From Schizochytrium sp. TIO01 (taxonomy: Eukaryota; Protista; Bigyra: Labyrinthulomycetes): a DNA stretch of 64,000 bases. This document shows positions 1 through 11,753 of this stretch, piece by piece. The notes beneath the pieces are model-generated. The model saw only the letters and a list, made by a program, of their open reading frames with translations, was not told the origin of the DNA and ran no database searches. The translations under genes were made by a program, and so were the position numbers. Every line of letters begins with the position of its first letter. The first letter of the stretch is position 1. Location: assembly GCA_004764695.1 (NCBI GenBank), contig SMSO01000032.1, positions 7,534,483 to 7,598,482 of the forward strand. The letters are read 5' to 3'.

Positions 1-1
1 A

Positions 2-2311
2 GCTACAGAGGATGAGAAGGTTCGAATCTGCAAGCGTTCGTACGACATTCTTGTGAATGAGATTTGCTTCCCGCCTGAAGATATCATCTTTGATCCCAAT
101 GTCCTGACTATTGGTACCGGAATGGAGGAGCACAACTCGTATGGTGTTGACTTTATCAACGCAGTGCGTCGTATTAAGGAGTCATGTCCGTTTGCAAAGA
201 TCAGTGGTGGTATTTCTAACTTGAGTTTCGGATTCCGTGGTGTACAGAAGATTCGTGAGTCCATTCACGCTATTTTTCTTGAGCATGCAATTTTGGAGTC
301 TGGTATGGATATGGGCATTGTCAATGCGGGAGAACTTCTTGGCGCAGATGAGGTTGAACCTGAATTACGGAAGTATTGTGAAGACCTTGTGCTTAACAAG
401 AATCCTCAAGCCACCGAGCGGATGCTTGAGGCTACTCAACGTGAGCGTGAACGTCTGAAGCGTTTGAAGGAGGGTGGCGGAGAAGCTGCTGCTGCAGCCA
501 AGCCTACCGATTGGCGCTCAAAGCCTGTTAACGAGCGTCTCTCTCATGCACTGGTAAATGGTATTACAAAGTTCATTGAGAAGGATGCTGAGGAGGCTCG
601 GCTCGCATCATCAAAACCTTTGGATGTTATCGAAGGTCCTTTGATGGACGGTATGGGCATTGTTGGTGATCTTTTTGGCGCTGGCAAGATGTTCTTGCCT
701 CAGGTGATTAAGTCTGCTCGTGTCATGAAGAAGGCTGTTGCCTACTTGGAACCTTTCATTGAAGAAGAAAAGGAGGCAAACCTCCGTGCTCTTGGTATTA
801 ACCCTGAGGACGCAGATCCTGATGAGGTTGCCCAAGGTACCTTCTTGATTGCCACGGTTGCTGGTGATGTTCATGATATCGGTAAAAACATTACAGCAGT
901 TATTCTTGGTTGTAATGCCGTGAAGGTGATTGATCTTGGTGTCATGGTACCTTGCGAGGACATTATTAAGGCTGCAATTGAGAATAAGGTGGATTGTGTT
1001 GGTCTATCTGGTCTGATCACACCCAGCCTTGACGAGATGGTTAAGGTTGCAAAGGAAATGAAGAAGGCTGGCCTTAATGTGCCCCTTCTCATTGGTGGTG
1101 CAACTACAAGCAAACGCCACACCGCGATTAAGATTGCTCCTCACTACGCAACTCCCGAGCACCCTGTGATGCATGTACTTGATGCCAGTCGTGCTGTCAC
1201 TGTTGTGCAGTCTCTTCTTTCCGAAGAAGATAAGCCTGACTTCGTTGAGGAGGTCCAGGAGGAATATGAAGAGATTGTCGAAGACTACTATGCTGGTCTA
1301 GAGGAGCGCAAGTTCTACCCCTTGCCGGTGGCTCAAGAAAAGCGTCTCAACATTGACTTTGAAGCTATTCCTCCTGCACCGAAGCCACATGTGGCTCTTG
1401 GGGCGCAGAAGGCACCAGATTGCCCGATCGAGGATGTAGTACCGTACATCGACTGGGGTCCGTTCTTTCACACCTTTGAGCTGCGTGGCAGGTATCCTAA
1501 CCGCGGCTACCCGAAGATCTTCAATGATGCCAATGTTGGTGCTGAAGCCAAGAAGCTCTTTGATGAGGGACAGGAGATGCTGAAGAAAATTATGGCTGAC
1601 AAGAGTTTGTGGCTCGAAGGCACATATGGTATCTTTGCTGCCAACCGTAGTGCAGACGGCGAGGATGTTGTCATCTATGAAGATGAGAGCCGCAGCACCG
1701 AACGTGGTAAGCTCTGCATGCTCCGTCAACAGGCACAGAGCGAGTCTGCAAACATGTTTAGCCAAGCTGATTTTATTGCCCCTTCGGGCTTCCGAGATTA
1801 CATTGGTGGCATGGCCGTTGCTTGTCATGGTGTTGATGAGCTTGCTGGCAAATATAAGGCTGACAACGATGATTTCACCAGTATTCTTGTACAAGCTATT
1901 GGTGACCGTCTGGTCGAAGCTTACGCTGAGAAGCTGCATCGCGACATCCGTGTGGAGCTGTGGGGTTACGCCAAGTCTGAATCTCTTAAACACGAAGACT
2001 TGCTCAAGATCAAATATGATGGTATCCGCCCTGCCCCCGGATACCCCTCGCAACCCGACCATACAGAGAAGAAATTCCTGTGGGAGTTGATTGAAGCTGA
2101 AAAGCTTGCTAACATGAAGCTTACGTCTAGCTACAGCATGGTCCCTGCTTCTAGTGTGTCTGCTTTAATCTTTGCACACCCTGAGTCTGAGTACTTTGCT
2201 GTTGGCCAGATCCAGAAGGATCAGGTTGAGAGCTATGCCACACGCAAGGGCGAGTCCGTTGAGTATGTGGAGAAGTGGCTTGGCTCAAATCTTGCTTATG
2301 ACACTGCTTAA
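2..2311 (+). CDS. MTR: Cobalamin-dependent methionine synthase, 5'-truncated by the window edge (end of pterin-binding, cap, B12-binding and AdoMet activation domains)
   Basis: Frame is open from nt 2 ([17 protein letters not shown]...). Motifs: [21 protein letters not shown], cap [18 protein letters not shown]12-binding [26 protein letters not shown] and activation-domain [14 protein letters not shown]. Confidence 0.97.
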   Translation, partial: ATEDEKVRICKRSYDILVNEICFPPEDIIFDPNVLTIGTGMEEHNSYGVDFINAVRRIKESCPFAKISGGISNLSFGFRGVQKIRESIHAIFLEHAILESGMDMGIVNAGELLGADEVEPELRKYCEDLVLNKNPQATERMLEATQRERERLKRLKEGGGEAAAAAKPTDWRSKPVNERLSHALVNGITKFIEKDAEEARLASSKPLDVIEGPLMDGMGIVGDLFGAGKMFLPQVIKSARVMKKAVAYLEPFIEEEKEANLRALGINPEDADPDEVAQGTFLIATVAGDVHDIGKNITAVILGCNAVKVIDLGVMVPCEDIIKAAIENKVDCVGLSGLITPSLDEMVKVAKEMKKAGLNVPLLIGGATTSKRHTAIKIAPHYATPEHPVMHVLDASRAVTVVQSLLSEEDKPDFVEEVQEEYEEIVEDYYAGLEERKFYPLPVAQEKRLNIDFEAIPPAPKPHVALGAQKAPDCPIEDVVPYIDWGPFFHTFELRGRYPNRGYPKIFNDANVGAEAKKLFDEGQEMLKKIMADKSLWLEGTYGIFAANRSADGEDVVIYEDESRSTERGKLCMLRQQAQSESANMFSQADFIAPSGFRDYIGGMAVACHGVDELAGKYKADNDDFTSILVQAIGDRLVEAYAEKLHRDIRVELWGYAKSESLKHEDLLKIKYDGIRPAPGYPSQPDHTEKKFLWELIEAEKLANMKLTSSYSMVPASSVSALIFAHPESEYFAVGQIQKDQVESYATRKGESVEYVEKWLGSNLAYDTA

Positions 2312-2833
2312 GCACTTTAAAAATAAAATTATCCCGCAATGTTTTGTTTTCGTGTCTCGTTTTTGATGCTGTTACATCCTACAGAAAGAAGTAATGATCT
2401 TGTTCTGAACTAAGCTGTTTTCATTTTCAAGTGTGAATATTTTGATTCGCTTGATCAGGCTTGAGGTGTACACTCTCGTCTGAAGATCAGCTCATGCATG
2501 TGGGAAACTAAAATTCGTAATTATATTTACAAGAGGAGCTTAAGAATAATAATCAGTACGCACAATTTCCCGTTATATTATAAATCTTGGCTCTGTGCCA
2601 CGGCGATGGGAAATAATTTTTGTTTATTTTTTCTGATGTTGAGAAAGTTGAAGGAGAGGAAACAAACGTTGTTCGATTTTGTAACTTTCAAAAAATAAAG
2701 TAGACGATAATCATATCTATTATACTATGGAAACGGTGAGATGAGAAGGATCAGTCATTCGACCTACACAAAACTCTTGCATCTCACATTAAAAGATTGT
2801 CGTGAGAAACAAGCATGAACGGTGGAGTTTTGC

Positions 2834-4150
2834 TCAGGATTTGCTGATTAAGCCATTTGACGCAATGATTTCGAAATCAGCTTCATGAAGGTTGTGCTCT
2901 TCATCAAACTCACTTTCATAAAATGAGTCATCCAATCCATCTCCATGGTCGTCAAAGATGAATAGACCTTCCTCTTCGAGTTCATTGCCACGAAAGCGTC
3001 CACCCCCAGAATCTTTACGCTCACGATTCTTCACAAGGGTGTACATGAACATGCCCAGTAGAGTGAGGCAGAAACCGAGCACATTGAGGGCTGTGAGAGC
3101 ATCATGAAAGACAATCACAGACAAACCAATCTGCAGGATCTGCTTCACATAACTAATGACTCCTAGCGTGACAGAAGACGTACGACGCAAGAGCTCAAGC
3201 TCAACTAGAATCATCGAAAAGGCAAACAAAGCACTGCCTAAAACATTCGCAGTTGTCAGCAAAAGAAGGTCACTTTCCAGAAATTTGGAGGCCCAGAGCC
3301 GAGGCCCATCCATCCAGAGGGCCAAGGGGACAAGTGATAACGCTGATGCAGGTGAAATGAGGTAGATAGTAAGAATAGCATCCATGCTACAACGAATCTG
3401 CTTCATCAAAACCTGCGTTAGAGACCAACGAAAGCCACCCACAGCCGAAGAGCCAATCACAAGAAGGAAACCAATCATACTGAACTCTACGTCACCAAGA
3501 GAAGCCATTGCTACTCCAGCGCCAATGACAAATACTGATAAGAACAGAGAAACCGAGCAGGGCTGCAATTTATACAGAATGGAAAACAATAATGTGAAGA
3601 TCAAGCTTGTGCTCTTCACAATGGTATAAAAAGTCACACTGATAAAAAGGTAAGACGCATTGCTTGCTGCTACGTCCAGAGCTGTGGCTGTGCCTACTGG
3701 TACTGCTGAGAGCCACCAAATTTTCCGTGGAATTTCAGGAATCGAGACAGAATGGCACCTAACCACAATTGACGATAGGAAGTACTTAATCATCATATGA
3801 ATCATTGAAATAAATAACGGGAAGTCAAAGCCCCCCTCCCAGCTGTGCAGTAGCCACTTATTATATACGACTAAAGAAATTGAGAATGCGAACCACAAGG
3901 CACTCCAAAAGCAAATATCAAGAGCTTCAACTCCAAATGCGCGCCTCTTACCAGCAGTCATTCGCCGTTCGATCATCGCGCGTCCAAGGCGGAATAGTCC
4001 TGCCAGTGCAAAAAGGAAGACGCCATCAAGGACAAGAAAGATGAATTGTTTCTCCGATTCAGCCGCTGCTGTGTCCTTATGCGTGTTTGGCACTACCGGT
4101 GCCAGTGAAGTAGGCGCCACCGAGGGCATTGAGGTAAATGATGTATTCAT
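2834..4150 (-). CDS. SLC35C2-like nucleotide-sugar/triose-phosphate-family transporter
   Basis: About 10-11 hydrophobic segments. Motifs FSISLVVYNKWL, FDFPLF, ALDVAASNAS, FYTIVKSTS, GFRWSLTQ and RTSSVTLGV are typical of the SLC35C2/TPT family. Acidic C-terminal tail. Confidence 0.88.
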   Translation of the reverse strand: MNTSFTSMPSVAPTSLAPVVPNTHKDTAAAESEKQFIFLVLDGVFLFALAGLFRLGRAMIERRMTAGKRRAFGVEALDICFWSALWFAFSISLVVYNKWLLHSWEGGFDFPLFISMIHMMIKYFLSSIVVRCHSVSIPEIPRKIWWLSAVPVGTATALDVAASNASYLFISVTFYTIVKSTSLIFTLLFSILYKLQPCSVSLFLSVFVIGAGVAMASLGDVEFSMIGFLLVIGSSAVGGFRWSLTQVLMKQIRCSMDAILTIYLISPASALSLVPLALWMDGPRLWASKFLESDLLLLTTANVLGSALFAFSMILVELELLRRTSSVTLGVISYVKQILQIGLSVIVFHDALTALNVLGFCLTLLGMFMYTLVKNRERKDSGGGRFRGNELEEEGLFIFDDHGDGLDDSFYESEFDEEHNLHEADFEIIASNGLISKS

Positions 4151-5972
4151 GTTAACTCCGAGTTTGCTTTATAGGTGTGGCTTGCAGCAAGATCTATGAG
4201 GTTTGTCCTAAATTAAACGCACGACGAGCAAAGAATGCTCGTTGGAGGTCTCGCTGGTGCAGACTTTCTCGCACGCCCTACAACAATGAAGGTTTTCAAC
4301 ACGCCGATATTCTTTCGGAGGTATCCGCTGAGGTACTGCTGGCTTGTAGAATGAGTGATATGTCGACCTCCGCCAACAAAACAACCACCAAAACAACGTC
4401 AACCGGTGTAGCACCAGCTCTTCCGCACCAAAAGCCAAAGGAGAAGTTAAAACTTGAAATTATAGCAACTCAGATTGCTTGCAAGCTCCACAGACTTTGG
4501 TCGCCCTCTGGCAAGGTGAAGCAGTTCGGAGTCCTTCAAAGACGACGAGAAAGGCAGCCAAGAAGTCTGCAAACCGGAACAAAGGAATCGTTCAAGTCGA
4601 TCCCGTCCAGCCGATTTTGCTTCCTTCCACCGCGCCCACCGCTACCACAGCAGGGGCCTCGTGAGGTGATCCTGCCCAGACGCTCACGCCCGGGGGTCCG
4701 TCGCACAGCAGGGCTTTCTGCAATGCAACGTATCTCGAACAGAATCACGCTTTCAAGCTTTGACGCGAAAATGATTCAATGAGGCATGGATCCCAAGTTG
4801 CCGATCCAGTACAGTATATGCTATGTCTCCGCCTTAAGCAAGGTCCTAGAGTTTAGGATAGAAGGCAGCGCTACTGGCCATTCGATGGAATTTGATGGAA
4901 ATCGTAACAACGCGAACTATCTAATTCAAGTTCTCGGTGAAAGGTTCTCCACAACGCCGCCTTCGAAGTCGCAGCTGGCGTGAGCCATGGCCAATCCAGG
5001 TTCCCGTGCTCGCCCTGTGGTGCGGAGCGCTTCCCTACCCTCCTCACCTCGCAGAGAAGAGAAGAGAACCGTGGCCAGTGCAGAACTGCGATTGTGCGAG
5101 AACCAACCCGTTCCCCAGCGCTCACAGCAGCCAGCCGCCTCAGGTGACGGCGCCTGCCACACCTCAGGGGCATCCCTGGCTCTAACATTTCGCCTACCAA
5201 CTATGCACCGCGCCTCTCCCTCCTGGAAGGGACCTCCACGCAGCCCAAGCGCGCGCCCTCGACCTCGATGAACGTCTCTTAATCATGGGACCGCCATCTT
5301 TCGAAACCTTCCTCAGTCACGCTATGGGTTCCCCATATTCCCCATAATCCCTCTGTTCCCTCTGTTCCCTTCCAAATTCTCTCGTGGTTCTTCAAACGTT
5401 CCTTTAGAATGCACCTTAAGTCACCTCTTTTGGGTCGCATGCTCCAGCTTACGCTCGCTTGTCCAACCCCTCAATTAAGGTGCATTGTTGAGGATAACCG
5501 CCCTCTGAGGGGGGCACGCTAGACAGGTGGTCCACACCGCGGCGGGTTTTGATGTAACGAACTGTGGTGTTGTGGAGATGAAGGGGCGGTGGACGTAGAG
5601 CCGGGGTCCTTGCAGATACTTGTGGAGTACCCCCTGGCGGTTGCACGCGAGAAAGCTCGAAAAATTGGTCGATTGATTGAGGTGTCTGTGCTTTTGTTTG
5701 GGTTTGCAGAATTTCGAAGGTGCTAGATTTGTTTGCGGTGGGAGTGGAAGGCGAAAGAATGCGGTGCAGGGCCGGGCGTATGCTTCGAGGCTGGAGCATA
5801 GGCAGGGCAGTTCTGGAGCTGCGGCATAAAGCTGTAAGAATGGTTTTTATGTGCTGTAGAAAGTAAAGAATTTCGCCTTTTGGAGTAAGAATTGATAAGA
5901 AACAAATAAGAAAAAAGTTTTTTTTGTTTTCTTGTTTTCTTGTTTTTTGTTTTTGTTTGTGATGGAAGAATA

Positions 5973-6005
5973 AATGAATGAATGAATGAATGAATGAATG
6001 AATGA
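5973..6005. repeat. (GAAT)n microsatellite
   Basis: About 8 tandem GAAT units are visible in the divergent intergenic region. Confidence 0.9.
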
Positions 6006-6681
6006 GGGAGCAGCAGAATTGCAATAAAACGATCGCCGTGCGTGCAAGTCTTGAAGGAAGCACTTGGCTCGTGTTGAGGACAGTGCCGGCCCCGGTGTCG
6101 CGAGGCAGTTTGGGTGACTGTGAGGTGCGCAGCCGCGGGTTTACAGGCGCACGGTCGTGCTGGAACTCGAATAGAAAAGGCAGTCTTGGACCTCGTCATC
6201 TCTTTCATTTAGTGAGCCAAAATCAGTAACAGAACAAAATCTACAACAGCAAACTACGAACTAGCAACACAACTAGAGATTGCGAACCAAACCTCGTGTG
6301 GAAGGGGTTTTCCAAGAGCTTCGGACGACAGCTCTAGCACGCTCTAACGGCGGTGCTGACAAGACCAAGGGGTTTGACCTGCTTCGAGACACGCGAGGGC
6401 TCACTTAGATCGCTGGCGTACCGAGGAGCCCATATTACCGGTGCCTGAACGCTGAGTCCACTTTAGTGATAACTGGAGGTCCCCGTCTGTACAAAGAAGG
6501 GTTGGTGGGTCTCAAAGCTAAGAAAGGTAAACTCGACGGCATCAGAAGTAATAGGGTTGCGTAAAGAGCTCGACAGGAATTCTCTTAGAGGAGTGAACTG
6601 CAGAGTTCGAATTGCTATTGTATTGTTTGTTATATTTTGATCAATTGGGGCTCGGCCGACTAGATCGACCGATAAGATACA

Positions 6682-9600
6682 ATGAACACGCCTTCCTCAG
6701 CGACGCGTGGCGCAGAGCAAGCTACAGGCAAACTCAGTGCCCAACAGCAGCAGCAGCAAGGTCTCGATGACTCGTATGATTCAAGGTATGAGTTTGACTG
6801 TCCCCAGTTCACAGACTTCACCCTTGAAGACGAGATGGACGAGAATAGTGAAGTCACTAACGAAGATGGTTTTTTTGCCGTTCGTAGTGATAGTGTCGTG
6901 AGTAGAAATAACCTCCCGAACGAATGGATCAAGAACATTGAAGATAAGATGGGCATATCAAACTCAAACAACTCACTCTTCGAAACTATTGAAGAAGACA
7001 CTGAAAACCAGAACTCTCTTAACTTACGAGCGAACCAAAACACCACACCGGGTCATCGTAAACCGGAGCCATTCAACCCATCCACACCTCTTTCAGAGGC
7101 ACCAGGTGAAGTTGTTGTCGATGAACTCACGTTTGACCACCCATCAACCAACAAGAAAACCGTATTACCCTTTGCTAGCAGCACTCCTGATGTTCACGCA
7201 CGGCCTTCTTCCCCAGAGCTTCTTGACGAGGTGGAAGAGCTTGACGAAATGGACGAAGCTCAGACAGATTTCCTGCTCGATGATCAAGAGGATGAAAACA
7301 TCTTTGATGACCAACGCATTGAGCCTTTGCCAAGCACTGGAAGCGAGAGCTGCCCAGACCTCCTAAGCCCTCTCGGCCCTCCGGACTTTAACGGTGCTGC
7401 ACTTTTGGCGGCAGCTATCCAGCAGCAGCAGGATCTTCACGATCAAAAGCTCAACGAAGAGGAGCAGGAAGACCAGCAAGATTATCATGAAGATGAAGAA
7501 GGGAACGAAAGCAACATGGGCGAGTTTGATGACCATGAAGAGGATGACTACTCGGAGGATCACGAGGCAGAGCAGGACTACTGTGAAGGTCACGAAGTAG
7601 AGCAGGATTCATTGGTTCTCACTCATATGGACCACACGCCCGCCCAGCACGGGTTTGCACCCGAGGAAGATGATATCATCGAAGAGGACGAAGAGGACGA
7701 AGAGGACGAGGAGGACGAAGTCTATGCAGAGGACGCAGCCGCCGATGAGGTTGACACCTCTATGAATGAGGGCGACTTCGATTCCAAGACCCCCGCAAAG
7801 AGCCCTGCGGCAGCATCCCCTTTTACAGCAAACACGCCTGCCGACGAGAAAGACAGTCCAATCGCAGCATCATCTCGGTCTTCGAACACTATTACTGAAG
7901 CTATGGGAAATTTGACTATCACCCAGGAAGAGCAATACGATGAAACTATGTCTGCACTTGCAAAACAAAGCCCTTCCCCTGCTCCGTCACGTCCCGAGAC
8001 TGACGACACTCCCACCCCTTCTCCTTCGAAGCAGGACGAAGTTGAAGAAGAAACTTTGGTACCCAAAGTCATGCCTGCAACGCCCGATGTTGAAATTGCG
8101 AGAGACGCCTCGTCTCAATTAGAGGACCACTTGCAAACTCTGAGTCCACCACAGATGGCCCCGCCTTCAGAATCCAAGCTTCAGGAACAGCGAAGCTCTA
8201 CACCCGCAACTGGCCATGCCAAATCGGTTGCCAAGAGTAGTGCAAAGAAGCCTACTTTGGGGGAGGTTGTAGAAGCCCAAGAACAAGAAGAGGAGGAAAT
8301 GCTTCCTGCCTCCGATACCTTTGCTAACGAGGAACACGCTGCACCAGTCACCCCCGCGCCTGAGCCACACGAAATGGATCATGATGAGGATGGCGAAAGT
8401 GATGTTGAAGCTCTCGGTCCCAACATTACCACTCCTGCATCTGCTGCTCCTGTAACCCCAGCGGCTGACCCTGAAGGATGGGAATCTTCGCAGCTCTCCG
8501 CTTCTCGAATTCCTCGTTTGTACCAACGCACAAGTGATAGAAAAGAAGAGCGGGGTCGGTCGCAGACTCGGCGTGGCCCCGAAGACCGCAGTCGCAGTGT
8601 GCGGAGTGCCCAAAGTACCCAGAGTGTTCCAAAAAGGTCAACTGGTGTTCCTTCATATCTCCGTCCTACTTCGTCTTGGGCAAGCAAGCAAGCTTCCGAT
8701 GCAAGCTCCAAAGTACCAACCATCAGCACTCATGGCGTTCCAGTGCCACGCAAGCCGTCCAATGCTGGTCGCGGATCCACTCCACGCAGCACAGGATCAG
8801 CTCCAGTGATAAGTCATCAGCCACCTGTGAAAGTGTCAAGATCCAAATTGACTGAACCCAAGACACCGCGTTTTGCAACCTCTACACGTCCGCGTCGCGA
8901 AGCGCGTCCTAGCAGTACCACACAGGAATTACAACAGCTCCAAAAGGAGCGTGAGGAGTATAAGAAAATGGTCGAACGTCGTCAAGCTGAATTGCAGCGG
9001 GCGGCAAGTAACACTGCGGCAGGTGTCGAACGCCGTCCTCTGACCAAGCCTGAGACGCCTGCCTTCAAACTGAGCAAACGACTCGGATCTAAAACTGCTC
9101 AGGTTGAAGAAAAGGTACCCGAGAAGCGCCCCACTGCCACTGGAAGAGGCCCCGTTCGACCCACACGCCCGCAGGATTTCCACTTTGCAACAGATACGCG
9201 CGTCGCCTCGCGCAATGTCGGCAAGGAGAACTCGGAGGCTCAACCCTATGTCTCAATGGCTGCACAGGTACACGCGTTTAGCCACAAAACCCCTGCTCGT
9301 TTCCGCCCTGGGAAGAAGATGGAGCTTCCCGAGAAGAAGCCCATGCATCTAACTGAGCCTGTTGAGCCGAGGTTTGCATCAGATATGCGTGCACGCGCGA
9401 CCCACGTGAAGTCCCGTGAAGAGCTGGAAGAAGAGGAAATGAAGAAATACAAACCTTTCAAGGCGCGTCCTTTGCCTGAAAGTGTTATTCATAGCAATGG
9501 TGAAATGGGCGTGCCTAAGGTAGAGAAGAAAGCTCCAGTCGTTCCTCATGGCTTCAACTTTCGTACAGATGCACGTGCCTCTGTTCGCCGCACTGCAGTG

Positions 9601-10530
9601 ACGGAATCCGGTGCAGCATCTGTTGCTTCCGCTCCTCATCAACAAGCCCCTACTGCCCGTCCTCGGCGCAACTCCCTGGGAAGTGAAGGAGCTCAGGACC
9701 CGCACAAGCTCACACGGGCTGCACCTTTCAAGTTTCGTACCGATATGAGAGCAGCAACTCGTCCTTTGTCAACGCCTCCATCAAAGACCGAAGAACAGTC
9801 TAGCTTCCATGCGCGACCAATGCCAGATTTTAGCAAGCCACCTGCATTCCCTGTGATTGAGCGTCGTGCACTTTCTGGCCCCATGCCATTTAATTTGGAA
9901 AGTACTCGCCGCCATGAAATTGCAATGCAGCGCCGTGCCGAGGAGCTAGCACGACAGCAAGAAGAGGAGGAGCGTGCGCGTCACTTCAAAGCACGGCCAA
10001 TTACGATTTCTGTACACGAGCCTGAGGTGATGGCAAGCGAGAAGCCCTTAACAGAGCCTGAGACGCCCATTGCCCTTCGCAGGTCAATTCAGAGAGCACA
10101 GGAGCGCGACGAAAGACTTGCTCGAGAAGCCGCTGATGAACTCGCTCGTCACAAGTTTAAGGCACGCAATTTGCCTAAGTCAACATACGAGCAGACCTTC
10201 GTTCCTGAGCTCCCGAGACGTGTGTGTGGAGTTCTTGATATCAAATTGAGCAGTGATGCTCGAGCTGAGGAACGTCGTCTCTTTGACCAGCGGGTTGCGG
10301 AGCACCTGCGGTTCAAGGAGGAGGAGCTTAAACGTGAGGAGGAGCGCAAGCGTGCCGAGGAGGAAGCAGCCCTTCGGGAGTACCGTAAGACCCTTGTGCC
10401 AAAGGCACGGCCTGTTCCAGAATATGTGCGAACTGGTACCGTAACACACATGCCTACGCCCCAGCGCTTGACTCAGCCCGAGTCCCCATTTCTCATGACA
10501 AAGTCCAAGTATGGACCTAAGCAGCACTAA
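6682..10530 (+). CDS. TPX2: TPX2 microtubule-nucleation / Aurora-activating protein
   Basis: N-terminal YEFDCPQFTDF...DGFF resembles the Aurora-A-binding motif. Repeated FKARP-type and F-x-F-x-TD-x-R motifs. C-terminal TPX2 domain (LSSDARAEERRLFD...EYRKTLVPKARPVP...LTQPESP). Long acidic disordered linker. Confidence 0.9.
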   Translation: MNTPSSATRGAEQATGKLSAQQQQQQGLDDSYDSRYEFDCPQFTDFTLEDEMDENSEVTNEDGFFAVRSDSVVSRNNLPNEWIKNIEDKMGISNSNNSLFETIEEDTENQNSLNLRANQNTTPGHRKPEPFNPSTPLSEAPGEVVVDELTFDHPSTNKKTVLPFASSTPDVHARPSSPELLDEVEELDEMDEAQTDFLLDDQEDENIFDDQRIEPLPSTGSESCPDLLSPLGPPDFNGAALLAAAIQQQQDLHDQKLNEEEQEDQQDYHEDEEGNESNMGEFDDHEEDDYSEDHEAEQDYCEGHEVEQDSLVLTHMDHTPAQHGFAPEEDDIIEEDEEDEEDEEDEVYAEDAAADEVDTSMNEGDFDSKTPAKSPAAASPFTANTPADEKDSPIAASSRSSNTITEAMGNLTITQEEQYDETMSALAKQSPSPAPSRPETDDTPTPSPSKQDEVEEETLVPKVMPATPDVEIARDASSQLEDHLQTLSPPQMAPPSESKLQEQRSSTPATGHAKSVAKSSAKKPTLGEVVEAQEQEEEEMLPASDTFANEEHAAPVTPAPEPHEMDHDEDGESDVEALGPNITTPASAAPVTPAADPEGWESSQLSASRIPRLYQRTSDRKEERGRSQTRRGPEDRSRSVRSAQSTQSVPKRSTGVPSYLRPTSSWASKQASDASSKVPTISTHGVPVPRKPSNAGRGSTPRSTGSAPVISHQPPVKVSRSKLTEPKTPRFATSTRPRREARPSSTTQELQQLQKEREEYKKMVERRQAELQRAASNTAAGVERRPLTKPETPAFKLSKRLGSKTAQVEEKVPEKRPTATGRGPVRPTRPQDFHFATDTRVASRNVGKENSEAQPYVSMAAQVHAFSHKTPARFRPGKKMELPEKKPMHLTEPVEPRFASDMRARATHVKSREELEEEEMKKYKPFKARPLPESVIHSNGEMGVPKVEKKAPVVPHGFNFRTDARASVRRTAVTESGAASVASAPHQQAPTARPRRNSLGSEGAQDPHKLTRAAPFKFRTDMRAATRPLSTPPSKTEEQSSFHARPMPDFSKPPAFPVIERRALSGPMPFNLESTRRHEIAMQRRAEELARQQEEEERARHFKARPITISVHEPEVMASEKPLTEPETPIALRRSIQRAQERDERLAREAADELARHKFKARNLPKSTYEQTFVPELPRRVCGVLDIKLSSDARAEERRLFDQRVAEHLRFKEEELKREEERKRAEEEAALREYRKTLVPKARPVPEYVRTGTVTHMPTPQRLTQPESPFLMTKSKYGPKQH

Positions 10531-11063
10531 ATTTGTACAATATCATTTCCCAGAGCTAAGCAAGGCATCATATGTCCCTCCTTTGAGTGTATTGGCGGTG
10601 TGCCAGAAGCCAATCTTTATTCTTTTCTTTTCGATGTCTGTCCGGGAAGACGTTTGTGTTCTATGCACATCTAAAAAAGCAACGAGAAGGGAAAGGGCTT
10701 CTATTTACTATTCTACATATTCATCTCAGATAAAATCGTTGAAACACATATTCTACATATACTTAATCTGTTTTCATACTCAAGTCCGTATGGATACTAG
10801 CAGGTTTTTTTAATTATTATTTTTTTGGTTTTGGTTTTGGTTTTCGTAATTTTGCTTTCTGGTTTCAAATGTTCTATGCACTAGGTCAAAGTTAAACTAG
10901 CAACATGATATTAAAATTTGAATATTAACAACAAAGAGATGCTGGGGATACTGTCTTGTTGCCTGAACATCATTGATCTTTCAAGTCTCTGAAACCACAC
11001 AAATTTAACAAAAAGAAGATTTTAAACCCAGCTCCACCTATTGATTTTCTCAGGGAACTGAGA

Positions 11064-11753
11064 TTAGCTGAGGCTCGCTCGGCGTACAATATTGGCTCCA
11101 AGCATGCTAAGAACCTCTTTTGTTCTTGTTACGTCTTCCTGAAGTTTATTCTTCCGGGCATGGTCTGCCACGGCAAGCGAGTGTTGGCGAAGACGCTCCC
11201 AATTTTTGTGCTCGTCGCTTCCAACGACAAATGTTGTTGTCTGGGCACGGTAAGAACGATCTTTCATGCGTGAAACAACGTTTTGAGCGATGGTAAAGCG
11301 GCGAAGGCTGTTGTCAAGAGAAGCGTCAACATCTTCGCTAGCGCGACGAATGTCTCGAAGACTCTTCAGAACATCCCTTTGGCTCCTACGAACCTCATAT
11401 ACAGAAGACTGAAGCTCTGCTAGAGATCCTCGACGCATATTCCTGGCGCCTTCTAGCTGAATTCTGGCGAAAGCTTCGTCAATGTTACCTTCATCGACAG
11501 TTTGGAAAAAGTCCCTTGCTTTATCAGCTGGTGATTTCGGTGAAGACGGAGATAATGCTGATGGCTTTGCCTGAGAACGTGCACTCGACAGTTTTGCTTT
11601 TGGCGAAGTCGGTGATGAAACTCCAGAGGAACGTGCTGCACTACGATCAAGTGGTTTGATTCGAAGGTCACCACGAGTGGCCGAAGAACCTTCAATTCGC
11701 ATGCCTTGAAGGATCTCCTCCTCTTCGGCAGGGCCAGATCCCATTGCGCTCAT
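11064..11753 (-). CDS. Hypothetical 229-aa protein; Ser/Pro-rich N-half and helical C-half with RRxS/T sites
   Basis: ATG-initiated ORF with coding-like composition flanked by AT-rich DNA. No family recognised. Confidence 0.7.
   Translation of the reverse strand: MSAMGSGPAEEEEILQGMRIEGSSATRGDLRIKPLDRSAARSSGVSSPTSPKAKLSSARSQAKPSALSPSSPKSPADKARDFFQTVDEGNIDEAFARIQLEGARNMRRGSLAELQSSVYEVRRSQRDVLKSLRDIRRASEDVDASLDNSLRRFTIAQNVVSRMKDRSYRAQTTTFVVGSDEHKNWERLRQHSLAVADHARKNKLQEDVTRTKEVLSMLGANIVRRASLS

Noticed and set aside
4177-6229. ORFs of 100-200 aa between SLC35 and TPX2
   Set aside because: Mostly non-ATG starts, they run through microsatellites and have no recognisable motifs. Better explained as divergent promoter/UTR DNA.
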